A stretch of DNA of 53,467 bases from Lachnospiraceae bacterium UBA1753. GTDB taxonomy: Bacteria > Bacillota > Clostridia > Lachnospirales > Lachnospiraceae. Each line of letters begins with the position of its first letter. Position 1 is the stretch's first letter. The position numbers were made by a program, and so were the translations under genes. The notes beneath the pieces are model-generated. The model was not told the DNA's origin. It did no database searches and was given only the letters and a program-made list of their open reading frames with translations. Below, piece by piece: positions 45,003 to 53,467 of this stretch. The stretch is taken from NCBI GenBank assembly GCA_002317595.1, contig DCHL01000103.1:1-53467 (forward strand). The letters are read 5' to 3'.

Positions 45003-46480
45003 TATATTTTTTCCCCAAAAGCTACCGGAATCAGGATTCTGATTTCTGTACCTGTTCCATCCGGCATAGTACCTATCTCAATAACATCGTCCCTATCATA
45101 GAACAGCCTGAGCCTGCTGATAACGTTTGCCATACCGATTCCATGCATCTTATCCTTTGATGTATGGAGTGACCTGTCCTTGTTCTCAAGCAGTTCCATA
45201 GCCTTGTCCTGCGGGAATCCATCTCCATTGTCAGCAACAGTGACAACAACTACATCACCGGCGTCTTCAACAGATATCACCAGCCTCTTTTCCCTATCCT
45301 CAAGAACTCTGAGTCCATGGTCAATGGCATTCTCCACAATGGGCTGAAGAATCATACCCGGAAGCCTTGCCTCAGGAAGCTTTTCTGGCATATCTTTTTC
45401 AAAGTGAATATCCCCAGCAAATCTGGTGTTCATGATAAAAATATAGTTTTCAACCTGAAGAAGCTCTTCTTCAAGAGACACATCGTTTCCTGCCCTGTGA
45501 AGGTTATACCTGAAATAATCTGCCACATGCTCAAGGAAGATACTTGTCTGCTCCGCATCCTCAATCATCGCAAGCTGAGATCCAGCATTCAGCGTGTTGT
45601 AGAGGAAATGTGGATTAATCTGCGCCTGAAGTGCACCAAGCTGCGAATCCTTGAGAAATGTCTCAAGCTGAAGCTGCTCCTGCTTAAGGCGGTTCTCCTC
45701 TCGCAGCTGCTCCTGCTGAAGACGGATGTGTTCATTCAGCCGGACCACCATCTTGTTAAAGGCAGACGTAACCTGCCCCACCTCATCCTGGGATTTGACT
45801 TCAAGGGGCGGCATGTCCATCTTTCCATGTCCGACTTCCCTTGCTCTCTCCGCAAGACTTGAAAGTGGGCCGATGAATTTACCTGTCATGTAGATGATAA
45901 CAAGGATTTCCATAAGAGATGCAAACATAAGCAGAACCATATTCAGCATCTGCGTGTATTTTTGAACCTCTGACAGCATCTCATACTTGCTTGTATTCTC
46001 TGTAAAGGTCTCATTGTTCAGTGTGTATATGTTTGTTTCCAGATATCCATATACAGTTTTTGCACGTTCATAGCTTGATGAATACTGCTCAATATCTGTA
46101 CCTCTGTGTCCAGAAACCGCCTCCTCGGCCAGTGCCAGATATGTCTCCGCAAGATTCCTGATATTTTTTTCCACAAGCTTTGTCCTATTGTAGGAAGGCT
46201 CATTGTTAAGCTCAAAAATCTGGGACTCAAGTGCATTTCTGTTTGAGTAGTATCCCTTGAGGGAATCATACTCACCATTAAGATATGCATAGAGATCCTC
46301 CTGCATGCTCCGGAGCGTATTCTGAAGCATAGTAATCTGAATGTTACTCTCGTATGCCTGGTCCATGCTCGAAATCATCTTCCCAATCTGACTGTAGATA
46401 TAGAAATTTAGGCCGAAAACCAGAACAATCATCGCAACAAATGAAATTACCAGCTTCACCTGGAGAGACATGTTTTTCAT
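45002..46480 (-). CDS. Sensor histidine kinase of the LytS/YesM type
   Basis: Two TM helices flank an extracellular domain, followed by HAMP. The His_kinase motif is QINPHFLYNTLN and the HATPase is ENAIDHG...DNGDGF...GIGMANV. The start overlaps the upstream stop (TGATG). Confidence 0.9.
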   Translation of the reverse strand: MKNMSLQVKLVISFVAMIVLVFGLNFYIYSQIGKMISSMDQAYESNIQITMLQNTLRSMQEDLYAYLNGEYDSLKGYYSNRNALESQIFELNNEPSYNRTKLVEKNIRNLAETYLALAEEAVSGHRGTDIEQYSSSYERAKTVYGYLETNIYTLNNETFTENTSKYEMLSEVQKYTQMLNMVLLMFASLMEILVIIYMTGKFIGPLSSLAERAREVGHGKMDMPPLEVKSQDEVGQVTSAFNKMVVRLNEHIRLQQEQLREENRLKQEQLQLETFLKDSQLGALQAQINPHFLYNTLNAGSQLAMIEDAEQTSIFLEHVADYFRYNLHRAGNDVSLEEELLQVENYIFIMNTRFAGDIHFEKDMPEKLPEARLPGMILQPIVENAIDHGLRVLEDREKRLVISVEDAGDVVVVTVADNGDGFPQDKAMELLENKDRSLHTSKDKMHGIGMANVISRLRLFYDRDDVIEIGTMPDGTGTEIRILIPVAFGEKI

Positions 46481-47520
46481 CAGTCATCCACCTCCAGATA
46501 CTTCTGCTTATACTCAGTCACATTGTCAGACTTTATGAGCATCATCTCAAGCGGCATATAATCATTAGTTCTGCCCGCTTCCTTAAGCTCAACCATCTCT
46601 GACACACAAATCCGTCCAAGCTCATAGGGGTCAACTGCCACTGTACAGTACAGGGTTCCCTTCTGAATGTAATCCAGTATGTCCTCGCTGATATAGCTTC
46701 CAATGACATTTACTTTACCAACCTTGTTCCTGTCTACAAGCACCTGACATGTACTTGTTGTGAAAAGATAATCAGTGCAGATTATTACATCCGGTGCATC
46801 ATCCCTTGATATGAGCAGCTGTATGTCACGCTTGATATTGAAGACACTGCTCTGGTTTATGTGCTTTACCGAAATCTCCACATCGTCAGACAGTTCATTC
46901 CTGTTGAGGTACTCAATGATACTTGAGTAAATGAGGTCACCCGATTGTTCGCTGTCATCATCGTCATTCCTCGTGTTGGTCCTTAGAAGAACAACCTTAC
47001 TGCAGCCCTTATTTTCATAAAGCTCGGCAACAAGCTTTCCGTAGGCAAGACCCTGCTCGTAGCTGTTAATTCCCACATATCCTGCTCTTCCCGACGCGGA
47101 ATCATTTTCCATGATGGAGATGACAGGAATCTTGTATTTCTCAGTTGCCGTCTTAATCCAGTCGTTGACGGTCTGTGTTCCATCAGGCACCACAAAAATA
47201 CCATCCACCTTCGAGCAGATGGCCATCTTCAGGCGGTCAAGAAGGTTGTATTCCTCTGCAAGCTCAACACCTGTAAGTTCTATGACAATATCTTCCTCCA
47301 CAGCCTCTTTCTTTGCACCTTCATACACCATGTCCCAGTACGGATTCTCAAGCTTACCAACAACCAGGGAAAAATGATATCTGTAATCAGGCTCACTTTC
47401 TGACGATGTCAGGGAACGCTGTGCAATAGCCGCATTCGCCCAGATGATGACACCCAATAAGACGCAGAGTGTCACAACAATCATCGTTATTAAAATTATG
47501 CTTTTTTTGCTTCTCTGCAT
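46480..47520 (-). CDS. Membrane-anchored PBP-I-type sugar-binding sensor partner (XylFII-like)
   Basis: An N-terminal TM anchor rather than a lipobox, then a periplasmic binding-protein fold. It is the first gene of the binding protein-kinase-regulator operon. Confidence 0.8.
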   Translation of the reverse strand: MQRSKKSIILITMIVVTLCVLLGVIIWANAAIAQRSLTSSESEPDYRYHFSLVVGKLENPYWDMVYEGAKKEAVEEDIVIELTGVELAEEYNLLDRLKMAICSKVDGIFVVPDGTQTVNDWIKTATEKYKIPVISIMENDSASGRAGYVGINSYEQGLAYGKLVAELYENKGCSKVVLLRTNTRNDDDDSEQSGDLIYSSIIEYLNRNELSDDVEISVKHINQSSVFNIKRDIQLLISRDDAPDVIICTDYLFTTSTCQVLVDRNKVGKVNVIGSYISEDILDYIQKGTLYCTVAVDPYELGRICVSEMVELKEAGRTNDYMPLEMMLIKSDNVTEYKQKYLEVDD

Positions 47521-47544
47521 ATTTTAGAATTCCAATCAGATTAA

Positions 47545-47581
47545 TAAAAAACCACTTTTCATTATATCTTTTGAAAAGTGG
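47545..47581 (-). terminator. Rho-independent terminator after ORF 47620-48858
   Basis: On the minus strand, CCACTTTTCA-AAAGATATAA-TGAAAAGTGG is followed by TTTTTTATTAA. Confidence 0.75.
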
Positions 47582-47619
47582 CTTTGTAAACTAAATATAT
47601 GATTATGGAAGTATCGTTT

Positions 47620-48858
47620 CTAGTCTGTCATTTTAGTACTCAGGTCAATTTTCTCAAGATTGTATTCATCTCCAAACCAGCCCTGAAGACTGTTCTTAAT
47701 ATTTTTATCCAGATATGAAGCGGAGAAAAGCTGCGCACTTTCCTCATTCAAATTGACATTTCCATTCTTGTCCACAGTCATGGACTCAAGAGCGACAACC
47801 GCCTCAGCATCGCATCCCGTGCCATTTGCCTGCTGGATATGCACCTCGTAGACGAGCTCGAGGTAATTGTAAGGCTTAGAGTTGTGGCCCGCGTACTCAT
47901 CCTTGACAACCTCAACGTAGGACGACAGGATTCTGGGGTTAGACCACTCAAATGTATAATCCTGGGTTCCCACCCATGTATATGTAAGGCCAGCCTCAGT
48001 GAATATTCTGAGTCCGTACTCATTTGCCCTTACAAAACAGGTCTTTCCAAGCTCAACTGCTTTCTGGAACACCTCTGGTGACAGCTGGTCTGACGAAGTC
48101 AGATACTCATCATACCCATCAATCTCCACTGTCTTCTCCAAGCTTCCAGCCTGTATGTCCAGATGCGCCGCAACTGCCCTGTCACCGTCATAGGAAGCCC
48201 TGACTGTCAGCTTATCCCCATTCTTGTAGTATTCCTGCTCAGGAGTTATCGCATAGGACACAGAAGCAAAGAAATCCCCAAGAGGAGCAGTATTATCCAC
48301 CGTCACGGTAAGCAGAGGTGAAACACCCTCGACATTAATCTCCATATACTTAAACAGATCATCCGCTGTCACAACAGTCGCATCCGCAAGCCCCTCAACA
48401 GTAAAGGGAATCTCCTCGTACTTCATTCTGATTCCAAGCTTCTCTGCGAGTTCCTTGTCATACTGAATAGTGATGTTGACCTTATCACTATTCTTAAGGT
48501 TCTCTGACTTATCGAGAACACCACTAAAAGAAGCGGCAAAATCATAGAAATCATCTGACTTATACTTCTTTATGATTGGCCAGAGTGAACTGTCATACTC
48601 CGTAAATGCTGTGTCCATTTCAGACCTGAGCTTTGCACTGTCAACTGAAATCTGTGCGCTTGCCACACCCTGATATCCACTGTAATGAACAGTGATAACA
48701 TTTGTCGGGTCAAAAATATATCCGCCACTGAGTGCGCTGATTAGGAGAAATACAAGGAACACAACCAAAACCAGACTGGCCACAAGACCAGTCTTCATGG
48801 CAAACACCTTCTGTCTGCGCTTCTTATATTCTTTTTGCCTGGTTGCCCAATCCTTCAT
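47620..48858 (-). CDS. Membrane-anchored extracellular protein of unknown function (412 aa)
   Basis: Basic N-terminus, one TM helix (LVASLVLVVFLVFLLISAL) and a large beta-rich ectodomain. No motif recognised. It starts 2 nt after the stop of the GH3 gene. Confidence 0.55.
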   Translation of the reverse strand: MKDWATRQKEYKKRRQKVFAMKTGLVASLVLVVFLVFLLISALSGGYIFDPTNVITVHYSGYQGVASAQISVDSAKLRSEMDTAFTEYDSSLWPIIKKYKSDDFYDFAASFSGVLDKSENLKNSDKVNITIQYDKELAEKLGIRMKYEEIPFTVEGLADATVVTADDLFKYMEINVEGVSPLLTVTVDNTAPLGDFFASVSYAITPEQEYYKNGDKLTVRASYDGDRAVAAHLDIQAGSLEKTVEIDGYDEYLTSSDQLSPEVFQKAVELGKTCFVRANEYGLRIFTEAGLTYTWVGTQDYTFEWSNPRILSSYVEVVKDEYAGHNSKPYNYLELVYEVHIQQANGTGCDAEAVVALESMTVDKNGNVNLNEESAQLFSASYLDKNIKNSLQGWFGDEYNLEKIDLSTKMTD

Positions 48859-48859
48859 T

Positions 48860-50275
48860 CTACTCTTCTGCTTCTTCAGACTCCTCTGATTCCTCAGATT
48901 CCCCGTCTGTTTCTCCCATAGAAAGCTTTGCCCTTACTATTCTGACCACCGACTCATTTATCCTCTCTTCGGATAATGTACCATCGGAGACTGCCGTAAG
49001 CACACCGTCATATGCCTCGTGAAAATCCTTAGGCATCATTATTATATCCACGCCAGCCTTTAATGCCTCAACGGCTGCCGTCTTAGAGTCATAACTGTCA
49101 CTAATTGCGCCCATGCCCATGGCATCAGTCACAACAATTCCGGAATAACCAAGGTCGCCCCTCAGCTTCTCAGTAATGAGAATCCCCGACATAGATGCAG
49201 GAATTTCATCTCCTGTCACTTCAGGAGCACTGATATGGGAAACCATGATGAACGAAACTCCCTTATCTACCAGAGCCTTGAAAGGAACAATCTCCGCTTC
49301 TTCCATGTCACTCCAGCTTCTCTCCGATACAGCCTTTCCATCATGTGAATCTTCCTTTGTTCCACCATGACCTGGATAATGCTTCGGACAGCCGAATATT
49401 CCAGCCTCGTGAAGACCGTCGAGATACTCACAGCTCATTTCAGCAACCACTTCTGGATCAGTTCCAAAAGACCTGTCGCCTATCACCTTATTCTCTTCCT
49501 CCGTGATTACGTCCGCATCAGGAGCAAAATCAATATTAAAGCCATATTCCTTGAGATACGAACCGATTGTCAGGCCTGCTGAGTATGCCTTGCGCGAATC
49601 TGCAGTCTCTCCAATCGACTGCATGGTTCCAACCTTGTCCACATCAAAACCATCCGTATCCGCAATCCGCGTTACACGACCGCCCTCTTCATCAATTCCA
49701 AGGAACAGCGGCAAAGAAACTGCCTCTTCACTATATTTCTGGAGATTGGCTGTCATTTCCTTAAGCTGATCAGGATTCTCAATATTTTTCTTGAAAAAAA
49801 TAATTCCACCAACTGGATACTCATTAAAGCAGCTCTTCGTCTTCTCGCCTGCTGCAGTTGTCGGATCAACTCCAGTTAAAGCCTCAGGTGCCACAAAAAA
49901 CAACTGCGCAACCTTCTGTTCCAGGCTCATTCCCTCAACAGCACTCTTTGCCTTTTCAAGAAGTTCATCTACCTGTGGCTCCTCTTCAACAGCCTCCTCA
50001 GGCTCCTCGAGTATAGTCTCATCAACATCCTCAAATATTGTATCAAGATCCTCTTCAGAAATCGCCTTCTCTTCAGGTTCTTCCGGCGCAGGTTCTTCCT
50101 CTACCGGCGCCTCTTCAGCGACCTGCTTCTTTGGCATCAGCTCCTGAAGCTTGGCAGTCACAGGTCCCTTTAATGCAAGCACGGCAAAGACAATACCAGT
50201 TGCAAGCACTAAAGTCACAAGCAGAAATATAACCCAGGCAATAAGGCGTTCCTTTTTTCTGTTTCGCTTTGCCAT
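48860..50275 (-). CDS. Membrane-anchored GH3 beta-N-acetylhexosaminidase-like enzyme (NagZ-type catalytic domain only)
   Basis: A TM anchor and an acidic Pro/Glu linker. GH3 N-terminal domain motifs are IDEEGGRVTR, KHYPGHGGT and VVTDAMGMGAI. The tail is acidic. Confidence 0.85.
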   Translation of the reverse strand: MAKRNRKKERLIAWVIFLLVTLVLATGIVFAVLALKGPVTAKLQELMPKKQVAEEAPVEEEPAPEEPEEKAISEEDLDTIFEDVDETILEEPEEAVEEEPQVDELLEKAKSAVEGMSLEQKVAQLFFVAPEALTGVDPTTAAGEKTKSCFNEYPVGGIIFFKKNIENPDQLKEMTANLQKYSEEAVSLPLFLGIDEEGGRVTRIADTDGFDVDKVGTMQSIGETADSRKAYSAGLTIGSYLKEYGFNIDFAPDADVITEEENKVIGDRSFGTDPEVVAEMSCEYLDGLHEAGIFGCPKHYPGHGGTKEDSHDGKAVSERSWSDMEEAEIVPFKALVDKGVSFIMVSHISAPEVTGDEIPASMSGILITEKLRGDLGYSGIVVTDAMGMGAISDSYDSKTAAVEALKAGVDIIMMPKDFHEAYDGVLTAVSDGTLSEERINESVVRIVRAKLSMGETDGESEESEESEEAEE

Positions 50276-50322
50276 AATAAAAAAATAAGCCTCCCTCTGA
50301 GACCGAGTTTGCTAATAAAAAA

Positions 50323-50584
50323 CGCGCGCCTTGCGTCGAACACATCCCCACACACGTTACCCCAGCAGCCAGCTCAGCCCAGGCACCCTCACGGCACCCA
50401 AATGGTCCCGCTTAGTGCTGCTTCGTTCCCGACCTGACACGGTTCACGGGTATCTGTCGCGTGAGACCCAGACGTCTCCACCACTTACTGGGGGCGGCTA
50501 TGTAAGTAAGAGCCCTCGGCAAGGCATCACCCCAACTATAGCGGATTGAAGGTTCAGGGAGCCGCTACTTCCCCGGCTGCGCAC
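50323..50584 (-). ncRNA. ffs: Signal recognition particle RNA, long Bacillus/Clostridium type with Alu domain (scRNA)
   Basis: On the minus strand, the domain IV core GUGUCAGGUCGGGAACGAAGCAGCAC matches the conserved CAGGUCCGGAAGGAAGCAGC region. The 5' part GGGGAAGUAGCGGCUCCCUGAACCUUCAAUCCGCUAUAG resembles the B. subtilis scRNA Alu domain. The ends pair (GUGCGC / GCGCGC) and U6 follows. Conserved tadA-scRNA synteny. Confidence 0.85.
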
Positions 50585-50614
50585 TAAATAGTATATCCAA
50601 GACACTCTTCAATG

Positions 50615-51139
50615 TCAATCTGACAACGTTTTGTTTTCAGTATTTTCACACATTGCCTTCTCTTCCTTTTCTGCCTTATTTCGGACGCGCAGTTCCTTGA
50701 AAAAAGTTGTCAGGACCTCACTGCACTCCTCTTCAAGAACACCCTCTGTAATCTCAACCTGATGATTAAACTGCTTCATCTGAAGTACATTCAGAACAGA
50801 GCCGGCACAGCCGGCCTTAGGATTCATGGCACCAATCACGACCCTGTCGATTCTTGCCTGCACACTGGCACCTGCACACATCTGACAGGGTTCAAGGGTC
50901 ACATACATGGTGCACCCCTCCAGACGCCAGTCGCCAATGTACCTGCTCGCCTTTTTTATTGCCGTAATCTCCGCATGGTTAAGCGTGCATTTGTCCGTAT
51001 TTCTCCTGTTGTAGCCCCTTCCGATTATCTTACCCTCATACACAATCACGCATCCGATGGGGACCTCGCCAAGCTTATACGCCTTTTTCGCCTGACGGAG
51101 TGCTTCTCTCATATATTTGATATCTTCTTTGCTATCCAT
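50615..51139 (-). CDS. tadA: tRNA adenosine(34) deaminase
   Basis: The CMP/dCMP deaminase zinc motifs HAEITAI and PCQMCAGA are present, and the N-terminus YMREALRQAKKAYKLGEVPIGCVIV is typical. Confidence 0.9.
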   Translation of the reverse strand: MDSKEDIKYMREALRQAKKAYKLGEVPIGCVIVYEGKIIGRGYNRRNTDKCTLNHAEITAIKKASRYIGDWRLEGCTMYVTLEPCQMCAGASVQARIDRVVIGAMNPKAGCAGSVLNVLQMKQFNHQVEITEGVLEEECSEVLTTFFKELRVRNKAEKEEKAMCENTENKTLSD

Positions 51140-51187
51140 TGTCTTTTATCCTCTGCCTATTTTGAGTATCTGTGATAAAATAAAACC

Positions 51188-51883
51188 ATGAACATACATG
51201 GACTGAATAAAACTACATTACTTGATTATCCTGGTCGGGTTGCCTGCACCGTCTTTCTTGGCGGATGCAACATGCGATGCCTATACTGCCAGAACTCGCC
51301 TTTAATTCTATCACCCGAAGGAGAGCCTGTCATTCCAGAAGATGAATTCTTCTCATTCCTAAAAAAGCGCAGGAATATCCTTAAGGGAGTCTGTATCTCG
51401 GGCGGCGAACCTACAGTCAATGCAGGACTTGAAGATTTCATAAGGGCAATAAAGAGAGAAGGATACCCTGTCAAGCTTGACACAAACGGTACAAATCCTG
51501 CCATCCTAGAGAGACTTCTTATGGCAGATTCCCTGGACATGATTGCCATGGATATCAAAGGAGCCCCAAAGGACTATCCCTTCATTACAGGCATTCCTGA
51601 TATCTGTGTTGAAAAAATAATGGATTCCGCTTCTCTGATTATGGGAAGCAAAATAGAATACGAATTTCGCACAACAGTCGCCGATGGCCTTCTTAATGAG
51701 GACTCTTTCCATCAGATTGGTTCCTGGTTAAGCGGAGCCAAGACCTATTTCCTGCAGTCATACTCAGACTCTGATATGGTCCTTACGAAAGGACTTAAGG
51801 CACCCTCCCAGGAATCCATGATTTCCTATCAGTCCATTCTCTCGCAGTACATTCCCAATACAAAAATAAGGGGCATCAACTGA
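51188..51883 (+). CDS. nrdG: Anaerobic ribonucleotide reductase activating protein-like radical SAM enzyme (NrdG-like), no nrdD nearby
   Basis: TTLLDYPGRVACTVFLGGCNMRCLYCQNSPL carries the CxxxCxxC motif in the NrdG-type context. GVCISGGEPT and DTNGTNP are also present. Confidence 0.75.
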   Translation: MNIHGLNKTTLLDYPGRVACTVFLGGCNMRCLYCQNSPLILSPEGEPVIPEDEFFSFLKKRRNILKGVCISGGEPTVNAGLEDFIRAIKREGYPVKLDTNGTNPAILERLLMADSLDMIAMDIKGAPKDYPFITGIPDICVEKIMDSASLIMGSKIEYEFRTTVADGLLNEDSFHQIGSWLSGAKTYFLQSYSDSDMVLTKGLKAPSQESMISYQSILSQYIPNTKIRGIN

Positions 51884-51895
51884 TGCTGATGCCCC
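51862..51895 (-). terminator. Terminator for the PucR-like gene, overlapping the 3' end of the nrdG-like gene
   Basis: On the minus strand, GGGGCATCA-GCATCAGT-TGATGCCCC (9 bp) is followed by TTATTTTTG. Confidence 0.65.
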
Positions 51896-51902
51896 CTGAC
51901 TG

Positions 51903-52991
51903 TTACTGCTGCTTTTTCTCCAGATATTTCATATAGCTGACTACCATGAGCGCTATCTTTAATGTGAGCGCATCATCAAATACTCTTATATCAAGTCCAG
52001 TGCTCTTCTGCAGCTTCTCAATCCTGTACACAAGAGTGTTTCTATGAACGTAAAGCTGTCGCGATGTCTCAGACACATTAAGGTTGTTCTCAAAGAACTT
52101 ATTGATTGTCGTTAACGTCTCCTCATCAAGATCATCGGGGATATTTTCACCAAATATCTCCTTCATGAACAGCTGGCACAGAGGTATCGGAAGCTGATAA
52201 ATCAGTCTACCTATTCCAAGAGTACTGTAAGGAACCACTGTCTTTTCGTTATAGAATATCTTGCCTACATCCATGGCCATAAGAGCCTCCTTGTAGGACT
52301 TCGATACTTCCTTCAGATCTTCCACAACTGTTCCATATGTCACACGCACCTTGACCATCGCCTCGGCATTCATCATGTCGACAATCATCTTGGCAATCTC
52401 ACCTGTCGCCTCAGCGTCGTCATCCTTTTCAAGGCTCTTTATCAGGATAATATTTTTCTCATCGACCGCAGTCACAAAATCGCCCTGCTGCTGGGAAAAC
52501 AGACCACGGAGCGTCTCCATAACTGTAATGTCCTTCTGTCCGACAACTTCAATGAGGTATACTAAACGTCTCTCAGAAATGTTTACACGAAGCTTTTTTG
52601 CCCTGTTATATATATCCACAAGAAGCAGGTTATCAAGGATCAGATTCTGGAAAAAATTATTGAGGTCCAGTCTCTCCTTATGTGCTTCCATAATATTCAT
52701 AATCTGGCTGACAGCTATTCTGCCTATCACAGAACTGTTCTCACCCGAGCCATTCACTATTACTACATACACTGTTCCTGACTCATCATCAACTTTAAAG
52801 AAATGTCTTCCAACGACAACCTGCGCATCTGCTGAGGAATCGATAAACGCCCTGATTTCCTGAAGCGAGACAGCATCATCTCCTATTGTGCTTACAATAA
52901 CAGTACCCTCTGTATCGGTCACACAGATACCTGCCTTTGTTATAGTACTGAGCTCCAGTATGCTTTTATGTATGATCTGATTTGATGTCAT
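51903..52991 (-). CDS. PucR/CdaR-family transcriptional regulator
   Basis: The C-terminal PucR HTH is NLNVSETSRQLYVHRNTLVYRIEKLQKSTGLDIR. The N-terminal half is a putative sugar-diacid sensor region. Confidence 0.8.
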   Translation of the reverse strand: MTSNQIIHKSILELSTITKAGICVTDTEGTVIVSTIGDDAVSLQEIRAFIDSSADAQVVVGRHFFKVDDESGTVYVVIVNGSGENSSVIGRIAVSQIMNIMEAHKERLDLNNFFQNLILDNLLLVDIYNRAKKLRVNISERRLVYLIEVVGQKDITVMETLRGLFSQQQGDFVTAVDEKNIILIKSLEKDDDAEATGEIAKMIVDMMNAEAMVKVRVTYGTVVEDLKEVSKSYKEALMAMDVGKIFYNEKTVVPYSTLGIGRLIYQLPIPLCQLFMKEIFGENIPDDLDEETLTTINKFFENNLNVSETSRQLYVHRNTLVYRIEKLQKSTGLDIRVFDDALTLKIALMVVSYMKYLEKKQQ

Positions 52992-53065
52992 ATTAACCCC
53001 ATATTACAGACAAAGGGGTACTCCTTTAATGGAATACCCCTCAAATTAATCCGACTAATTATTGA

Positions 53066-53467
53066 CTAGTTAGTAATAACCTGCTCTGTCTCCTTATCGA
53101 ATACATGAATCTTTGTAACATCGATAGCGAACTTGCAAGCATCACCAGGTCTTGCTGTTGTTCTAGGATCTACTCTTGCTGTCATAGGGAACTCCTCAAG
53201 ATCGAAGTACAGATAAACCTCTGCACCGAGAAGCTCGTATACACGGATTGTAGAATCGAATGTAGCGTTCTCGTTAACTTCGCTAACCATCTGAGCATCA
53301 TAAACATCCTCAGGACGGATACCAAATGTAACTGTCTTTCCGTTGTAACCACCCTCGATAAGCTTCTTAGCCTTATCTGCAGGAAGCTGGAACTTATGTC
53401 CAGAAGCATTGAGGACAACCTTCTCGCCCTCAACCTCAACTACAGCATCAAGGAAGTTCATCTGAGG
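53066..53467 (-). CDS. C-terminal regulatory (TOBE-like) domain of a MalK/MsmX/UgpC-type sugar ABC transporter ATPase; 5' part outside the window
   Basis: PQMNFLDAVVEVEGEKVVLNASGHKFQLPADKAKKLIEGGYNGKTVTFGIRPEDV...VTKIHVFDKETEQVI is the typical MalK-family C-terminus. The frame stays open to the window edge. Confidence 0.85.
   Translation of the reverse strand, partial: PQMNFLDAVVEVEGEKVVLNASGHKFQLPADKAKKLIEGGYNGKTVTFGIRPEDVYDAQMVSEVNENATFDSTIRVYELLGAEVYLYFDLEEFPMTARVDPRTTARPGDACKFAIDVTKIHVFDKETEQVITN

Overview
This 53.5-kb chromosomal segment looks like a moderate-GC Clostridia (Lachnospiraceae-like) genome. That judgement rests on the translated ORFs and on Firmicute-type gene order (gdpP-rplI-dnaB; hup-yabO-divIC-tilS/hprT-ftsH; tadA-SRP RNA). 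It holds about 55 densely packed protein genes, almost all on the minus strand after 17 kb.

Content:
(1) A pyruvate formate-lyase locus (1-2572) in which the enzyme is encoded in pieces. The catalytic body, a small inserted ORF and a separate 80-aa glycyl-radical domain come first, then the activase PflA.
(2) Housekeeping blocks: ferredoxin, dnaB, rplI, gdpP, ftsH, tilS-hprT fusion, divIC, S4 protein, HU, cca, ackA, proS, tadA, SRP RNA.
(3) An accessory-looking operon at 8.2-16.0 kb. It encodes a degenerate GGDEF protein, a sigma factor, a membrane protein, a transglutaminase-like lipoprotein, a GspF/PilC platform protein, four small pilin-like proteins and a clostripain-like peptidase. No secretion ATPase or prepilin peptidase is present.
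(4) focA, followed by a 221-nt rod-like palindromic element of unknown nature between convergent terminators.
(5) Carbohydrate modules: two GH3 enzymes, a CUT1-type ABC importer with AraC regulator and YesL, and a three-component sugar sensor with two binding proteins.
(6) An OmpR-type two-component system, a nitrilase-family gene, a DAACS symporter, an orphan NrdG-like radical SAM activase, a PucR regulator and the 3' end of a MalK/MsmX-type ATPase.

I recognised no rRNA, tRNA, CRISPR array, transposase, integrase or phage genes.

Limits: all family assignments come from reading the translations and recalling motifs, and no search was run. Coordinates of small hand-derived features (promoters, hairpins, alternative starts) may be off by a few nt.
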